A stretch of 64,000 nucleotides of DNA from Cenococcum geophilum (lineage: Eukaryota). Positions 25,914 through 38,723 of this stretch are shown one piece after another (position 1 is the first letter of the stretch; every line of letters begins with the position of its first letter). The translations under genes and the position numbers were made by a program. The DNA is taken from NCBI GenBank assembly GCA_050273025.1, contig CP158635.1:26226001-26290000 (forward strand), given 5' to 3'. Under the pieces are notes generated by a model. That model saw only the letters and a list, made by a program, of their open reading frames with translations. It did no database searches and was not told where the DNA came from.

Positions 25914-27757
25914 ACGTCTTAGCCACCCAGACGAGACAGCCACCCACCCGAGACAGTGCACGGGCCTCCTACGAAAATCAAAATCAAAACATCAAAATAC
26001 TCCTCTACTACACCACCACTATGTCCTCTACTACCTCCCAATTGCTGTCGCTTGACCAAGAAGATCAAATGCAAATTGTTCTTCAATTATTGGAAGCTAA
26101 TCCTAATCAATCTGGCCGTTTGCTTGCCCGAATATACGGTCTATCGCCTTCTTCTATTTACCATCGTCGCAACGGCCGCCAATCAAGCAAGGAGTATCAC
26201 CAAAAGCTTCAAAAGCTCTTAGTTATTAAGGAGGACTCCCTAGTTAAATGGATCAATACAATAGGAGCCTAGGATTAGCCACCTTAAATTTAGCACCTTA
26301 AATCTATAGCCAAAAGTATCCTTGCCGTAAAGAAGCGTCCTCTAGAGCTTGGCTAATACTGGTATAAAAACTTCCTTACCTAACACCTAGAGCTCAAAGT
26401 TCGATTCGCCTGAGGCCTTAATTAAAAGCAAAAGGATACTAAGGATCTAGAGATTATTAAAGAGTGGTTTAATCTCTATAAAGCCACTATTACTAAATAC
26501 GCAATTCCCCTAGGCGATTAATATAATATGGATAAGAAAGAAATTGCAATAGGGTTAGGCGATAAGGTTAAGGTGCTTATTCCTTAATTAGAGGCTTAAG
26601 CCTTTATTACAGAGCTAGGTAATCGCGATTAGGTGTCTATTATTAAGTGCATATTAGGAAGTTAATATTAATTACCTCCCTACCTTATCTTTCAGGGGAA
26701 GCAAATATAACGATCTTGGATATCACCTGGACTTAATTGCGAGGCAGTAATTTAAGTAAGCGATTTAGGGTAAACAAATTTGGATATTGCAGTTAATTGG
26801 TTAAAATACTTTAACTAATATACAGAGCCACGCCTTTAAGGAGTCTATCGCTTATTAATTCTTAACGGACACAAGAGCCACGTGTTAATGTAGTTTGTTA
26901 AGTATTGCGAGGCTCACAAGATCATCCCTCTCTATCTACCACCTTATTCAACACACCTACTTTAACCCCTAGATGTTGGTATATTCAGCCCCCTATTAAA
27001 AGCCTATCAAAAGCGCCTCCACAACTTCGCCTTCTATGGAGCTATTAATATTACTAAGCCTAAGTTCCTTAAGTACTACCAAGCTGTATAATACGAAGCT
27101 ATATCATTAACTAATATGGCAAGTGCATGGCGGGTAACTGGCCTTCTACCGTTCGATCCTTTGGTTATTTTAAAAAAGATTCAGCCAACTTCTTTCTATA
27201 TAAGCTTTACAGACAAGAACGGCCATCGATTTAATATACCCGTGTCTCCTTCTGTAAAGGAGAGACTTACTAAGGTATTTAGGCAGCTCTTACAAGGTGC
27301 ATCACCCCTATATTCTTAAGTTGTGTATAATATTCGGCAGTTTACATTAAGTACGGTAGCTAATAATACAATCCTTAAGTAAACGAATTAGGAGCTTCTT
27401 AAAAAATAAAAGAAGGAGCGTTATAATAAGACAAAAGCTGCCTATAGGAAGGCACGAGTTTTATTAGTAGTAGAGGCACAAAAGAAGAATAAGGAAAAGC
27501 TTTAAAAGGAGCAGGAAGAGAAGAGGGTAAAGGAAAGAAAGGCTGTATTATGGGGGGTTATTACTTTTATAAAGAAGGTTTGGAAGGAACTACCAATGGA
27601 CTATAGTATATTTATATAATAGGGTAGATTTAGGTTAATTTTGGGGTTGATTTTAACGTCGATTTTGATATCAAATTGATATTTTGATTTTGATTTTTGT
27701 AGGAGGCCCGTGCACTGTCTCGGGTGGGTGGCTGTCTCGTCTGGGTGGCTAAGACGT
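25914..27757 (+). mobile_element. Full-length Fot1/pogo-type DNA transposon, RIP-inactivated
   Basis: About 80-bp TIRs starting ACGTCTTAGCCACCCAGACGAGACAG, TA on both sides (25912-13 and 27758-59), 1844 bp in total. Confidence 0.95.
26021..27619 (+). pseudogene. Fot1/pogo DD35D transposase pseudogene
   Basis: IL(D>N)GHKSH and THLL(Q>*)PLDVGIFSPL motifs, with 35 residues between the last two catalytic Asp positions. Many TAA/TAG stops consistent with C>T and G>A changes. Confidence 0.92.
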
Positions 27758-27864
27758 TAAATCTGACGCTTCGCAGAAGATTCAGGTGACTCGGGGCAAC
27801 GCACGGGCTGCACACTAACTCCTAGACCAATCAGAACCCCTGCATACCCCTGTCACCAACTGCG

Positions 27865-30389
27865 GAGCGTCTGAGAGCTTATGGGCGTCGCTTTGGTGGT
27901 AACTCAATGTTTTAAAAATTAAATTTTCCCCATCTTTATCTCTTTTTAAGTACCACGACTTGAATATATAGGTTATAATTTTTTTTTTTAATGTAATAGA
28001 TTCTTTAAGTAATTTTATATTTAGATATATATATTATAATCCTATATTTATAATATTAAAGGTGGAGATACTGCGTTGAAAAAGGTGAGTTTTTCTCTAA
28101 AATGTTTCCAACTTGAAAGTTTTTGGATGACTTTTACGGAGGTCCCTAACAAAAGTTCTTGCACCTTCCTAATTAGGAAGTTTGGCTTACCGCCCACTGA
28201 CTGCCCCAAAAATTCTGACGGCAGAATAACTTTTGCAGCCTCATCACCTCCATCACTGATACCAACGCCACTAGGTCCCCTCAATGCTTTCTAAAATTGC
28301 TCAAGGACTCCTCCAGCTCAAATATTGCTTTGCTAACTATAGGCTTTCATCAGCTTATGACCAGGGCTCAGGCCCTGGCTATAAAGGCTATGGGAGCAAC
28401 CCTTTAACATATCAAACGCATCACCGAAATTAAGCGCCAAACACTACAATATATCTTCAAAAAGGCCCGTAGTTGTGGCTAGGACCCTTCCTCTCGTCCT
28501 CTTATTCTTAACGGCTATATTATTAATACTCCTCGCACTGGATTAAAGGTTAAAATTACCCGCAAGTTTAAGCAGCAAATTCTTAAGAAAGTTACCACTA
28601 ATAGATTTGGTAGAGAGAAGTCCTGCGCCTATATTGCCGCTAAGTATGGCTGCTCTACTTAAACTATCTAGCGGGTTCTTTAACGCCATGGATATTAAAA
28701 GACGAAACCTATAAGGAAGCCTTACCTCTCATAAGAGATAAAGGAAGCTCACCTACAGTTCGCCTTACGATATAAGCATTAGACGATTAATAACCGGAAG
28801 GCTGTTATCTAGAGCAACGAAACCGGCGTTGTTTTAGGCCATAGAAGAGGTAGATATAGGCTCTGGCGTTTAGCTAAAGAGAAGGTAAATAAGAAGGCAA
28901 TTTAACCTCGATTTCCTAAAGCTACTAAGTTTATGTTTTAGGGCGCGTTCTTATACAATTAGAAGGCTCCCTGCTATATATAGAGGCCTAAGACTGCACA
29001 AGAGAAGAAGGCTTCGAAGATTAAGCTTTAAAAGATTAATAAAGCAATTAAGCCAGAGCTTCGTGTGGCTTGGCAGCTTACTACTGGTATGCAATAACTC
29101 GGGCTTCGCAATAAGCTAGGTAGAAAGCCTTAATTCCGTATAACTAAGGAGAATGGCGCCTTCTAGAGAAACGGGAAGAAAGGGGGCATTAATTGGTATC
29201 GCTACCTCACCACTATCCTCCTTTCTATCCTCATTCCTTTTGGTATTAAGTGCTAGATTAATCGCCTAGATACTCTTATTTAAGAGGATAAAGCTCTGTC
29301 TTACACATCGCATCACTAGCAGATCTACTTTAACGCAGCAGGTCTCCAGCGCCTTCTTTAGCCCGGTAATTTACCCGATTTAAACATGATTAAACTAGCT
29401 TAGGCCTACCTCAAATAAGTCACTACACGGAAGGGAGCTAAAAACCAGAGTAGAAGCTGAGCGAGCATGGCGGAAGGCTTAGGAAGAGCTTAAGCAGTAG
29501 CGAATTCAAGCTTGGATTAAACGAATTCCACGTCATATTAAAGAGGTTATTCGCTACAAAGGAGGCAACGACTATTGTGAAGGCGCTGCTGACTATCGAC
29601 GCGATTGGAAGGCGCTTAAACGCATGGATCAATATCGGCGCCAGGCTATTACTTATATGCGACAGTAGGTGCTTTTAGGCCTTAATTAAGTTGATCTAAC
29701 GGAGCCTCTATTAAGTAAGCTTAAGCCGCCAGAGCTTCTGGAGCGCATGAAAATAGAACCTTAACTACCGCACGACCTTTTGGATCTAGAGCCTCTGCAT
29801 AGCGATCACGATCCGAAGCAGCGTCGCCGACGTCGACCCAAATGGGCCCTCCAGCCGCCTGCTCAATCGAAACCTCCCCTCAAGCCTCTGCCACCCGCCG
29901 AGCCTCCTCCTCCTCCTCAGCCGTTTGAGCTTCAGAACCGACCGAATACAAAGGGCAGAAACACAAAGACGGCAACGTTCAAAGTCAGCTTTGTAGAGCC
30001 TCAGCGGCAGGAAATTGCCTATATATTGCCTTTTATTTGAAGCTTTAAATGCAAGTTTTGAGCCTCTGGTGACAAAATTTATAATATTTTGGTAGGCGGT
30101 GAGCCAAACTTCCTAATTAGGAAGGTGCAAGAACTTTTGTTAGGGACCTCCGTAGACGACTTTGGATCGAATGCGACCGACTGCCCATGTCCAATAATTT
30201 GTATAATATAGTTACAACATCATTTTTTGATGCAATAGATAAAGAAGCTAAAGAGCTTCTACCTCGTAGTATTTTTGTAGTAACTAGACGTTATAAAATG
30301 GTTGAGATACGGCAGTGAAAAAGGTGACTTTTGGTGTACTTTGACGCTCTGTTACCACCAAAGCTGGGCCCATAAGCTCTCAGACTCTC
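27865..30389. mobile_element. Non-autonomous TIR element (about 0.5 kb once the nested Tc1 is removed), superfamily unassigned
   Basis: Inverted repeats GAGCGTCTGAGAGCTTATGGGCGTCGCTTTGGTGGTAAC (27865-27903) and GTTACCACCAAAGCTGGGCCCATAAGCTCTCAGACTCTC (30351-30389). AT-rich interior, no clear TSD. Confidence 0.7.
28137..30152 (+). mobile_element. Tc1-like (DD34E) DNA transposon, RIP-inactivated
   Basis: About 55-bp TIRs CGGAGGTCCCTAACAAAAGTTCTTGCACCTTCCTAATTAGGAAG.., TA on both sides. Degenerate VI(W>*)S(D>N)ET, (Q>*)EDKA and (W>*)PGNLPDLNMI(E>K) motifs with 34 residues between D and E. Confidence 0.93.
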
Positions 30390-31063
30390 GGGGAGAAATG
30401 CCTCTTGGTGTAATATGATTGGTTCAGGACTTGACAGGACTAGGGTATAGTGATTTGGTTGGCTCAGGAGTCCACAAGCGTGGCACTAGATCCTTGGCGT
30501 CACGCCGTGGCGGGATTTCTCCCCGGTGGTCTGATTTATGTGATAAGGGAACCTAGGCTAGCGCAGAACGCATATTGCTAAATGCTCTCGTAAACCAGAG
30601 CACTGTAAGACGGTTTAACCTTCTGCCTTATTATCTAACAAGCTCACAGACAGCTAGGATACTATATTTTCGAATCTCTTTACGCTTCCTGCCCATGAAA
30701 TGAGGCTCTCCAGCCAAAAGGGTGAAAAATGCGAGAAATGCGAAATACGAGGTCCGCCACGCAAGGCTGAGTCTGGAGATGCCTTGCCAACCTCATCGAC
30801 CACCAAAAATTGTCAACGGTCCAATAGAATCGACCGCATAGTAAGGCACTTCTTGGCTTGCGTGTGGCACTGGCTGAAAATTTCCGATGCGAGAGCTAGG
30901 CGTCCATATGTAAAATATCTTGAGAATGACGGGGTGGCGTGAGGGTAGTTTATATATACCATGAGCGCGCTATCTTTTGGAGATTAAAAGATTGATTCTA
31001 CATACCTGAATTTATTTTCTTACTACATTTTTACTACATCTTGAAGTGAGCACACCGTGCAAG

Positions 31064-31948
31064 ATGTCTACGGCCATCGAGCTCCAAGATGTGAACGCGG
31101 TCAATCGACGACGGACGACGGACGCAGCATCCACAGCCCTAACCCCCGAATCAAATGGCAAGTCTTCAAACACTCGCCGCCTTTCCGTGCCAGCAGCCGA
31201 CCACAGCGGAAACCCAAAAGTCAAAGTAGAAGACGATGAAGCCTCTGACGCCTACGCTACCACCCCCCACGACGACATCTCACAGTCGCTCGCCCTCGAC
31301 TCCACCCCCCTCCATCCCGACCGCGTCTTCTGGGTCACGCCGCACAATTACTTCACCAAGGCCATAAAAGTGCTCGACCTAACCCTGCTTGTCCAAACGC
31401 AGTACACAGGCATGTCAGACGCGTACAAGAACGAGGTCAAAGAAGTCGTCAATAAGAGCGCCCCTGAGCCCACCTACGTCCTCAAGCGCGAAAATTGGGT
31501 TGGGCGCAAGTACTCGATTACGGACAGCAGCGGCGGGAGCGTCGCGGACTGGAAGCACCCCTGGACGTCCGTCGGCACGGCCACGCTCACGTTCCCGGGC
31601 GATTCGCCGCACTGCTCTCACCCGGTCGAGATGAAGAATAAGTGCTGGGGCCGCCGCACGGAGGCATTTGTCGTGGATAGCGCGACGTTTATGTGGAAGC
31701 CGGATTCGTTGTTCGCGTCGCATAATATGACGTTGTACAAGGCGCTTGGGGAAAAAAAGGTCGAGGTGGGGAAGTATTCGCAGAAATGGTGGGGTGCGTT
31801 TCTGACCGGTGGAGCCTTGGTATTGGATACAAGGGAACTAGATGAGCTTATTGGCATATTGAGTTTGGCTGCTGTTCTAAAAAAGAAAAGGCAGCGGGCG
31901 GCGGAGAGGAGCGGAGGTGGAGGAGGGGGAGGAGGGGGCGGGGCATAG
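31064..31948 (+). CDS. Hypothetical protein (beta-rich, possibly tubby-C/LURP-one-like; poly-Gly tail)
   Basis: Intronless ORF of about 294 aa with strong GC3 bias and a TATA-like element near 30950. The fold guess is inference only. Confidence 0.75.
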   Translation: MSTAIELQDVNAVNRRRTTDAASTALTPESNGKSSNTRRLSVPAADHSGNPKVKVEDDEASDAYATTPHDDISQSLALDSTPLHPDRVFWVTPHNYFTKAIKVLDLTLLVQTQYTGMSDAYKNEVKEVVNKSAPEPTYVLKRENWVGRKYSITDSSGGSVADWKHPWTSVGTATLTFPGDSPHCSHPVEMKNKCWGRRTEAFVVDSATFMWKPDSLFASHNMTLYKALGEKKVEVGKYSQKWWGAFLTGGALVLDTRELDELIGILSLAAVLKKKRQRAAERSGGGGGGGGGGA

Positions 31949-34900
31949 AGATGCTGCTTATCAATGTGTGGCCATACTTTTTCTCTACGTTTCAGCTGTG
32001 CGAATTTATTAACGGCGTCTGCTTCTGAAGCTTCAGCATTCCCAATTCAGGGATCTTAAACACGATACCCATATATGGCATAAGATGCAATGAAGCCCCT
32101 TAAAACTTTTGCAACCCACCAGCCTTTGTGAACTTGTGAGGAAATTAATAAGTCATCTCAGACTTGGCCTACTTACCGAAGACTCAGAAAACGATTTAAA
32201 TCGACCATATCAGTACTCCAAATGTGAGTCTATACCGTTGCTCACCTACGGGATGGATGAAAGATGATGTTTTCTACACGAGTAGATGTAATGAGTGAAG
32301 GGCTTGCAGCTGAATCACAATGGTTTTTTGTTCTCAGCCTCAACAGCACCTACAGCCAAACATCGAGAAGTGACCGTTCAACCATAGAATCTGCAATTTA
32401 CTTCGGTGTGGAGATATCCTCTGCGCTGTGCCGAGTCTCCGTGAAGTTTTGGAGGGTTCATACCATAGGTTGATATTTTTTTCCTAGATGGAGTTTATGA
32501 GCTGGTTGAATGGCTGTAACCTGTAGTGGGAAAGCAAAAATTTCAAGCTTCGCTAATAAAGGATTAAAGTTTGAGCCAGAGAAATATGACATCCCTCAAG
32601 GTCTCCAAATACTCAGCCGGGAAGAAGGCTCACAAACGCTGAAGCTGCACGATAGAGAATGGGTGTGATAGCGACAGACTCGAAAAGGCATTTGATCCCC
32701 ACTTCAGGAACTCACAAATTTGGCAGGAACTATGGAATTCGGTTTATCCGAGCTTTATCTTCAAAGAAAAAAGGGTTTTCCCAAAACGTATGTAGTCTCC
32801 TGTGCTATATATTTACGTAATTTGCATGTTCTCCTTTTTTTCTCTATTTTACTGCTCTGGGTTGTGGTGATATACCTGATCAATCCGCTGCAATACTTCA
32901 GTTAGGGCGGAAGACAACGTTCAAATTATATCAACTCACTCCTGAAGAATTCTGTTGAAATGGCCTCTCCAGGACCATCGAATCAGCCTGTGCGGCTCTC
33001 TTGGGCCTTAATGCAGACCCCCGCACCCTATGCCAAAAGCCTGGCAGTCCACACGAATCCACAGTGTGTAATTGGGACCCTGCGCACATGCTTTCGGCAA
33101 TCCTCCCAAAAATCAACCTGCGGTTATGTATAGCGTATCGAACCGGCCAAATAGACGTTGTATCCGCACAGATGGCGATAGATGCACCGAAGCGTACCAT
33201 TCCTTCGGACGCATGTTTAAAGGATCACTGAGTTCTACAGCAACTGATTTATTATATGCTGATATCGGTATTTGATGGATTGATTCCGGGGCTTCTGAAG
33301 ACGGTGCTTCTTAGTATTTACAGACTCCCAGCAAGAAAGACGCCCTACTACTAACCTCTGCATCTTGTGTCCAACTGGCTCCTGGGCATTTTTGTCGTTC
33401 GGCTATCGTCCAGATCATAGACAAGAACTTTCTTACCGCGTCCACCTGAATTGTTTCCGTTAAGGCGCAACCGCGATATACTGGAGCGGTCGGATTTGTC
33501 TGAATCTCTTCGATGAAGGGGAAACACCATGATTTAGAATAACATGAAAGGCCTATAATGCAAAAGCGAAAATACTAGAAAGTATTGACTTGGCATCACT
33601 GCATAAGATAGCGAGCAGTGAGTTAAATACTACAGTTGACTGCGGAAAATCCACAGAGCACCGCCCAAAACAAGGAGCGGCACAATTAGCGCCGGGCTTG
33701 CAGCCCTCATGCATCTATTTCCCGGTGTGTATCAAACTTGCAAACAGGCTGCACACCGATCCTTGAGGTTTTTATGCCGGTCGCTATTAGACGGGGTAAA
33801 ACCGATAAAGTTGTTACTTAGGGGCAAAACCATGGTTATTTACCTTGATACTGGGTTGACGGATTTTACAATTACTGTAGAGGTGCATTTTGCCACTCCA
33901 CATTACCAAAAAACTAGCCCCACATGCCTTGGTTCTGCACACACCGGTTTTGCCGATCCTATAATTACGTGTGTCGCAAGGCTTGCAGGTGGCTTTGTGC
34001 CCTCAGGGATGTGACCTCCCGTTCAGCATGGCGCAGACTCCTTGGCTCAAGACCCAAAGCCAGATCTCAGAGCCATCCCAATTGGCATAGCCCTCGGTTT
34101 CATATTAGAAGTTTTTTCCAATGAAGATTGGACTAGCTTTGAGAGCTGCGCCCGGATCTGTTTCCCCTAGGATGCCAAGGCTTCCTTGAAGCGGGCTAAA
34201 AAGGATAGCTATGAGCAAGAGAGGGCTGCCTTCTAGGGAAAGCGTTCGCTAATTCAGCCTTGTTCCATAGCTAAGAAACTTCCCGTGGGCAGTATGAGGA
34301 TTCTACCTTCTGGATTTTGAGAGAAGGTAATTGCATCTTTCCTGACTTCACCCTTGGAACACAGACATGCATTGCTTGATGCATCTAGATCAATAAAATC
34401 CGTTGTGATAAGATTTTTAGGGTGTATTCTCGTGTCCCTTGTTTTGCGATCTCGTATTCAGGACGGACGGTTGACCGAGGCGGACGGCTATTTCGAAGGT
34501 GGTGCCCTCCAATCACCTTTGATTCGCTCATTTGTCCCCGATCGTTTGGTTAATCGCCCGGGCCTCTAGCTTGCTAGTGGCTGATAACCAAGTGACGACA
34601 GAACTGCTTGGTTGTAGAATGAGTTCAACAGAAGGTGCCGCTTCCTGTGTAATAAGGCCTGGAAAATAGCTGGGGATATCGTTCTCTGCTGGAAGGTTGA
34701 ATCGCCCTATGCGAGTAACCAATCCGCCAAAGACCATAGGGTCTCTCAGTGTAAAATACTATAACGCCGATTGCACTGTGCCGCTCCCTATCTCACCGAT
34801 TTTGAATGGTTGAAGCCGAGCCGATGCAGGTACAGGAGTTCAAGAGTCCCTTCCCAGCCGCCTGAGCAGCCTGACAGCAGCGAAGCACTGCCACTAAAAG

Positions 34901-35116
34901 CTAGCGGACCCATTAGCTGCTTGACTCTTGCCCCATCTCCAGATGCCCTGTCTGCTGCTGTGAAAAATTAGCGAAGCCAACCTTGAATTACATGGGTGAG
35001 TCGCATCCCTGTGGGTGACTTCGGACTACGCTTCTACAACTCTCATACAAAAGCTTCCCGTGGAATGACAGTTACTTTCTAGCATTGATCAACAACGGTT
35101 CTAGTTCTATCACAAC

Positions 35117-36733
35117 ATGGCGCAACCAGGAATTCAAGCTGTGCTTGATATCCAGCAGCGTCTGTGGCTCGCCGGCGGCTACGGTTCTCAAATAGTGCTA
35201 GGCATTGGTGAGTGTTCATATTGCCTTCAGTTTTGGAGACTAACTTGTATAGATGGTGGCGGGGCAATGACCTATTCCTCGCTGATGATTATACGGAGAA
35301 TTTGCGAAGCGGTCGATGAACAAGAGAAGCTGCTTAATGGTAGCAGCCAGCAATCACATGGCTACACTCCGAATGCACACTTGCCAAGTCTGTACTTTGA
35401 CAACTGTGTAGGGTCCGATACTGGAGCGTAAGTTTTCTTGCTGTGTCACACCTGCTCTTGTTCTAATATTTTCGTCTCTCTCGTATAGCGTAGCAGCAGT
35501 AATGCTTGGACGCTTGCAAATGAGCTCTCACGGTTCCGTTGCTGCAATCAAAGATCTCGGTGAGGTCTACTGCAGTAGGCTTTTCCTCCATAAGTATTGT
35601 TACAGCAACCGGAAACTCGAAAACTGGGCCCTGAACTTGATCCGGGGTAACTACTCCAACCTGGACGAAATGGATCCAAAGGACTGCATGATGATGCCGG
35701 CGGATAGAGTATTGCAGATTGGCCAATGTCAAACGTAAGACTCCTTAGACGCTTGCGAATGATCTTTGGAGAGAAACTGACAATGCAAAGTGCCGTGCTT
35801 ATCCAGCACCGACCAAAAGCCACTAACATGGCACCCACGAGCTCTGTCGACGCAGCAGACATGATTCGCACGTACGATGTCGTTGCTGACCGGGCGGTGC
35901 ACCAAAAACCGTATCTCCCTCGAGCAATTGGGCGCAAAGATGACGATGTCCCTATACTCAAGACACTTCTAGCGGCCGTTGCGGTACCGGGCCATTTCCC
36001 CCCTGTACTGATAAAGGGTACTCCGCATAGTGGGGTTGGATCGAAATACAACAATCCAACATCCCAGGCATTCGATGAAGGTGCTCGATTGTACAACATG
36101 AAAGCGGGTGAAGATAGACAAAGAAATGATGACAAGAGGGTTGGCATAGTGGTCAGCATCGGATCCGGGAAAGAAGCGCCGCGTGACTTCCTCAGGCCTT
36201 GGGACATATATCGACGTATGCTCTTCAGCGGCAAATCAACGGATAAGAAACTTTCGGAACCAGATAAGGTTCATAATGATATGAAAGGCCGGCTCCAAGC
36301 GGCCGACGTCCCTTACTTTCGTTTTGACGGTCCTGATCTCCAAAAATGCAAGTATGACGACTGGAGTCCACGGACCTTGGCAATCATAGAGAAGGAGACC
36401 AGCTTCTACCTTGCGCGCAAGAGCGTCAAACTAGATATAACCCTGTTAGCGCAATATCTCGTTGCATACCGAAGAGGTCGCCACATCACCAGACCTGAGG
36501 ACCTATTTCGTGCTCCTACAGCCCAAGAGATGGATGCAACTGGCAGCAATCCCATACGCAACAACACTTGGCCATATGCGGAGAGTGCACCCACTTTGGC
36601 AAACCATATTGATTCGCCCCCGTGGCGAATTGAGAGACGGAGTCAATCTGAAAATCATCTATTGAGGGATCAGCAAGTTGTTAGGCAACTCCAGGAGCTT
36701 CCTGCCCATTACTTGCCCCCGGAGGCTCCATAA
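35117..36733 (+). CDS. Patatin-like phospholipase fold protein with degenerate catalytic motifs (spliced)
   Basis: Spliced reading gives IVLGIDGGG, LPSLYFDNCVGSDTGA-VAAVMLGRLQMS, RTYD, NNPT, VVSIGSG and YFRFD. Three canonical GT..AG introns with branch sites and no internal stops. Confidence 0.8.
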
Positions 36734-38723
36734 AAGCCGGATGATAATGATTATTTTATTCTCTTTGATGCTCTTTTCACGGCTTGTACAGATACCCTTC
36801 GTAACATTGCATGTCCGTTTAGCGTTCCCTTTCCTTAGTGTAGTCATTCTGGTGATCCTCGTTTCGCAACCATTTTTTTATCCGTCTACTCACCATGTGG
36901 CATATGTCAGTCATGCTACCCAAAAAAAGAGCTGCCGTCCAAAGATTTTTCCGCTTTCAAGATAGATGATCAGAGTTCTCCTCCTTTTTTTCCTTCTGTT
37001 ATCATGCATCAGCGGGTCGAGTGGCATACTCAAAGGGAGCAGAAGGAGGTAAATTGGGTCTTTTGGGTTAGCGAAGGCGTTTTCCAAAGATGGATAGGAT
37101 CAGATCAGGTATTCAAAGAGCATCGTATAGTCACGATAACGTCGGGGGTTCGGTGTCAGGGGCAAAGGAGCTTCGGCGATATTAGTGTTTACGATGTACG
37201 AGAAATGAGTAGTGATATGGAGCATTCTTTAATCGTTGTGCCAATAGAAAAGTTCGATCTTGACATGAAGCCAGAGGATGGAGGTTGAATTTGACCTGTT
37301 GATCTTGGCTCCGCTAAGGTCTGGCACACAATTTGGCGCTGAGAAAGTGGTGATACAACCGTCGGTATCCCTGCCCAACAAAAAATAGAATGCCTGATAC
37401 ACAGCCCAACACACAGCCGGCTAAACAGAGATTGTGCGGATCCCTGAGGTACTGTTGTGAAACCCTGATGTCGCATCCTCAAGGATTGGCATGCTGACTA
37501 AAGATTGACTCAGCTTGCTCTTTGAGCTCTCCTTGAAGCTCGTCATCAGGGACAATAGCTGAAGTCGACTGTTGGTCCAGGTCGTTTAGATGATAATTTA
37601 GAATATTTTTCGACTATTCCCTATGGTTGGGTATCCGTAATTGCAAAACAAAAAAAGATGGCAAATAGCAGTGGGAGAACTCCACTCATGATATCCACCG
37701 CGACGGCTGCCCTCCATGGTAGAAGCTGCTGTTTATGTATTCCATCTGCATTCACTAGACCACGTTGACTGACCTTATTTCTGGACTTCTCATGATGGTG
37801 ACGTATGCATGGAAGAACGCCGCGTAATTGTCTGGAGGGGATGGTGTACCGCATTAGCTAATGAACGGCTTCAAACATCTCTCAAGGGTTGCTAGGCTCT
37901 GATTACTGAGGTACATGCCAGTTCCTGGAAATATGATATGGTTGGAAAGGAAGTTTGCCGGGTACGAGGGTAAGCTGCAGGAATTGACGCCATTAAATCT
38001 GCGCAATTTTCGAAAACAGCCGGAAAGGGAATCTTACTCATTTAATAATACTAGAACTACATAACAATTTTGTAAGTTTGCTATTATACTCTACTATTAC
38101 GATTCATGAGCCAACGCCTGGACCCCTGTGGATCGATGCACCGCCCTGCCCTCGTAGGGCATCACCCATCGACAGCTATCTATAATAGACAACATGCACA
38201 TAATGCTGTGATGCTACATGACCAGCTGAAGTCCCATTTAAACACGTCAAGTTGCTCTTAGATAACCCTAAGCTAGTCTTATTAAAAGGTAATTACAGCC
38301 AAATGGCGCTTCCTCTGCTCCGTGTCTTTCAAAAGCATGTAACCCACATCCTGTGAGTATTCCAAGCCCTAACCCAGAAAAAAAAAATTGGAAAATAGGA
38401 GGGAAGCAAAGGTAACAGCCGTGCAAATTACAAGGGTAATATTAAAGGCTGAAAAAAGCGCCTGAGACCAAAAGTCAAACGCCACTATGGGCAGGAGCAT
38501 GCTGAAGGAAAAGCCGCTGATGCCAAAAAATCGGAAAAAATACTCGCACAGTGAGTGAACCGAAGTAGAAGAGCATGATAGTAATCCAAACTAGTGCATA
38601 AGCGAGTGAGAGGCTAGATAAACCCCATATCACAAGAATGGGAGGAGCGAGAGAGAAGTGAATCCGTGATTCTCATGTAAAAAAGGGTTATAAATGGTGA
38701 GCAATTGATAGGTTATCAACTGA

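Noticed and set aside
32000..35000. Short ORFs such as 33001..33231 and 34528..34737
   Set aside because: No recognisable domain, codon bias or coherent splice pattern. At most decayed gene relics.
36900..37900. Possible degenerate gene downstream of the patatin
   Set aside because: Fragments are interrupted by stops in all frames and I cannot assign a family.
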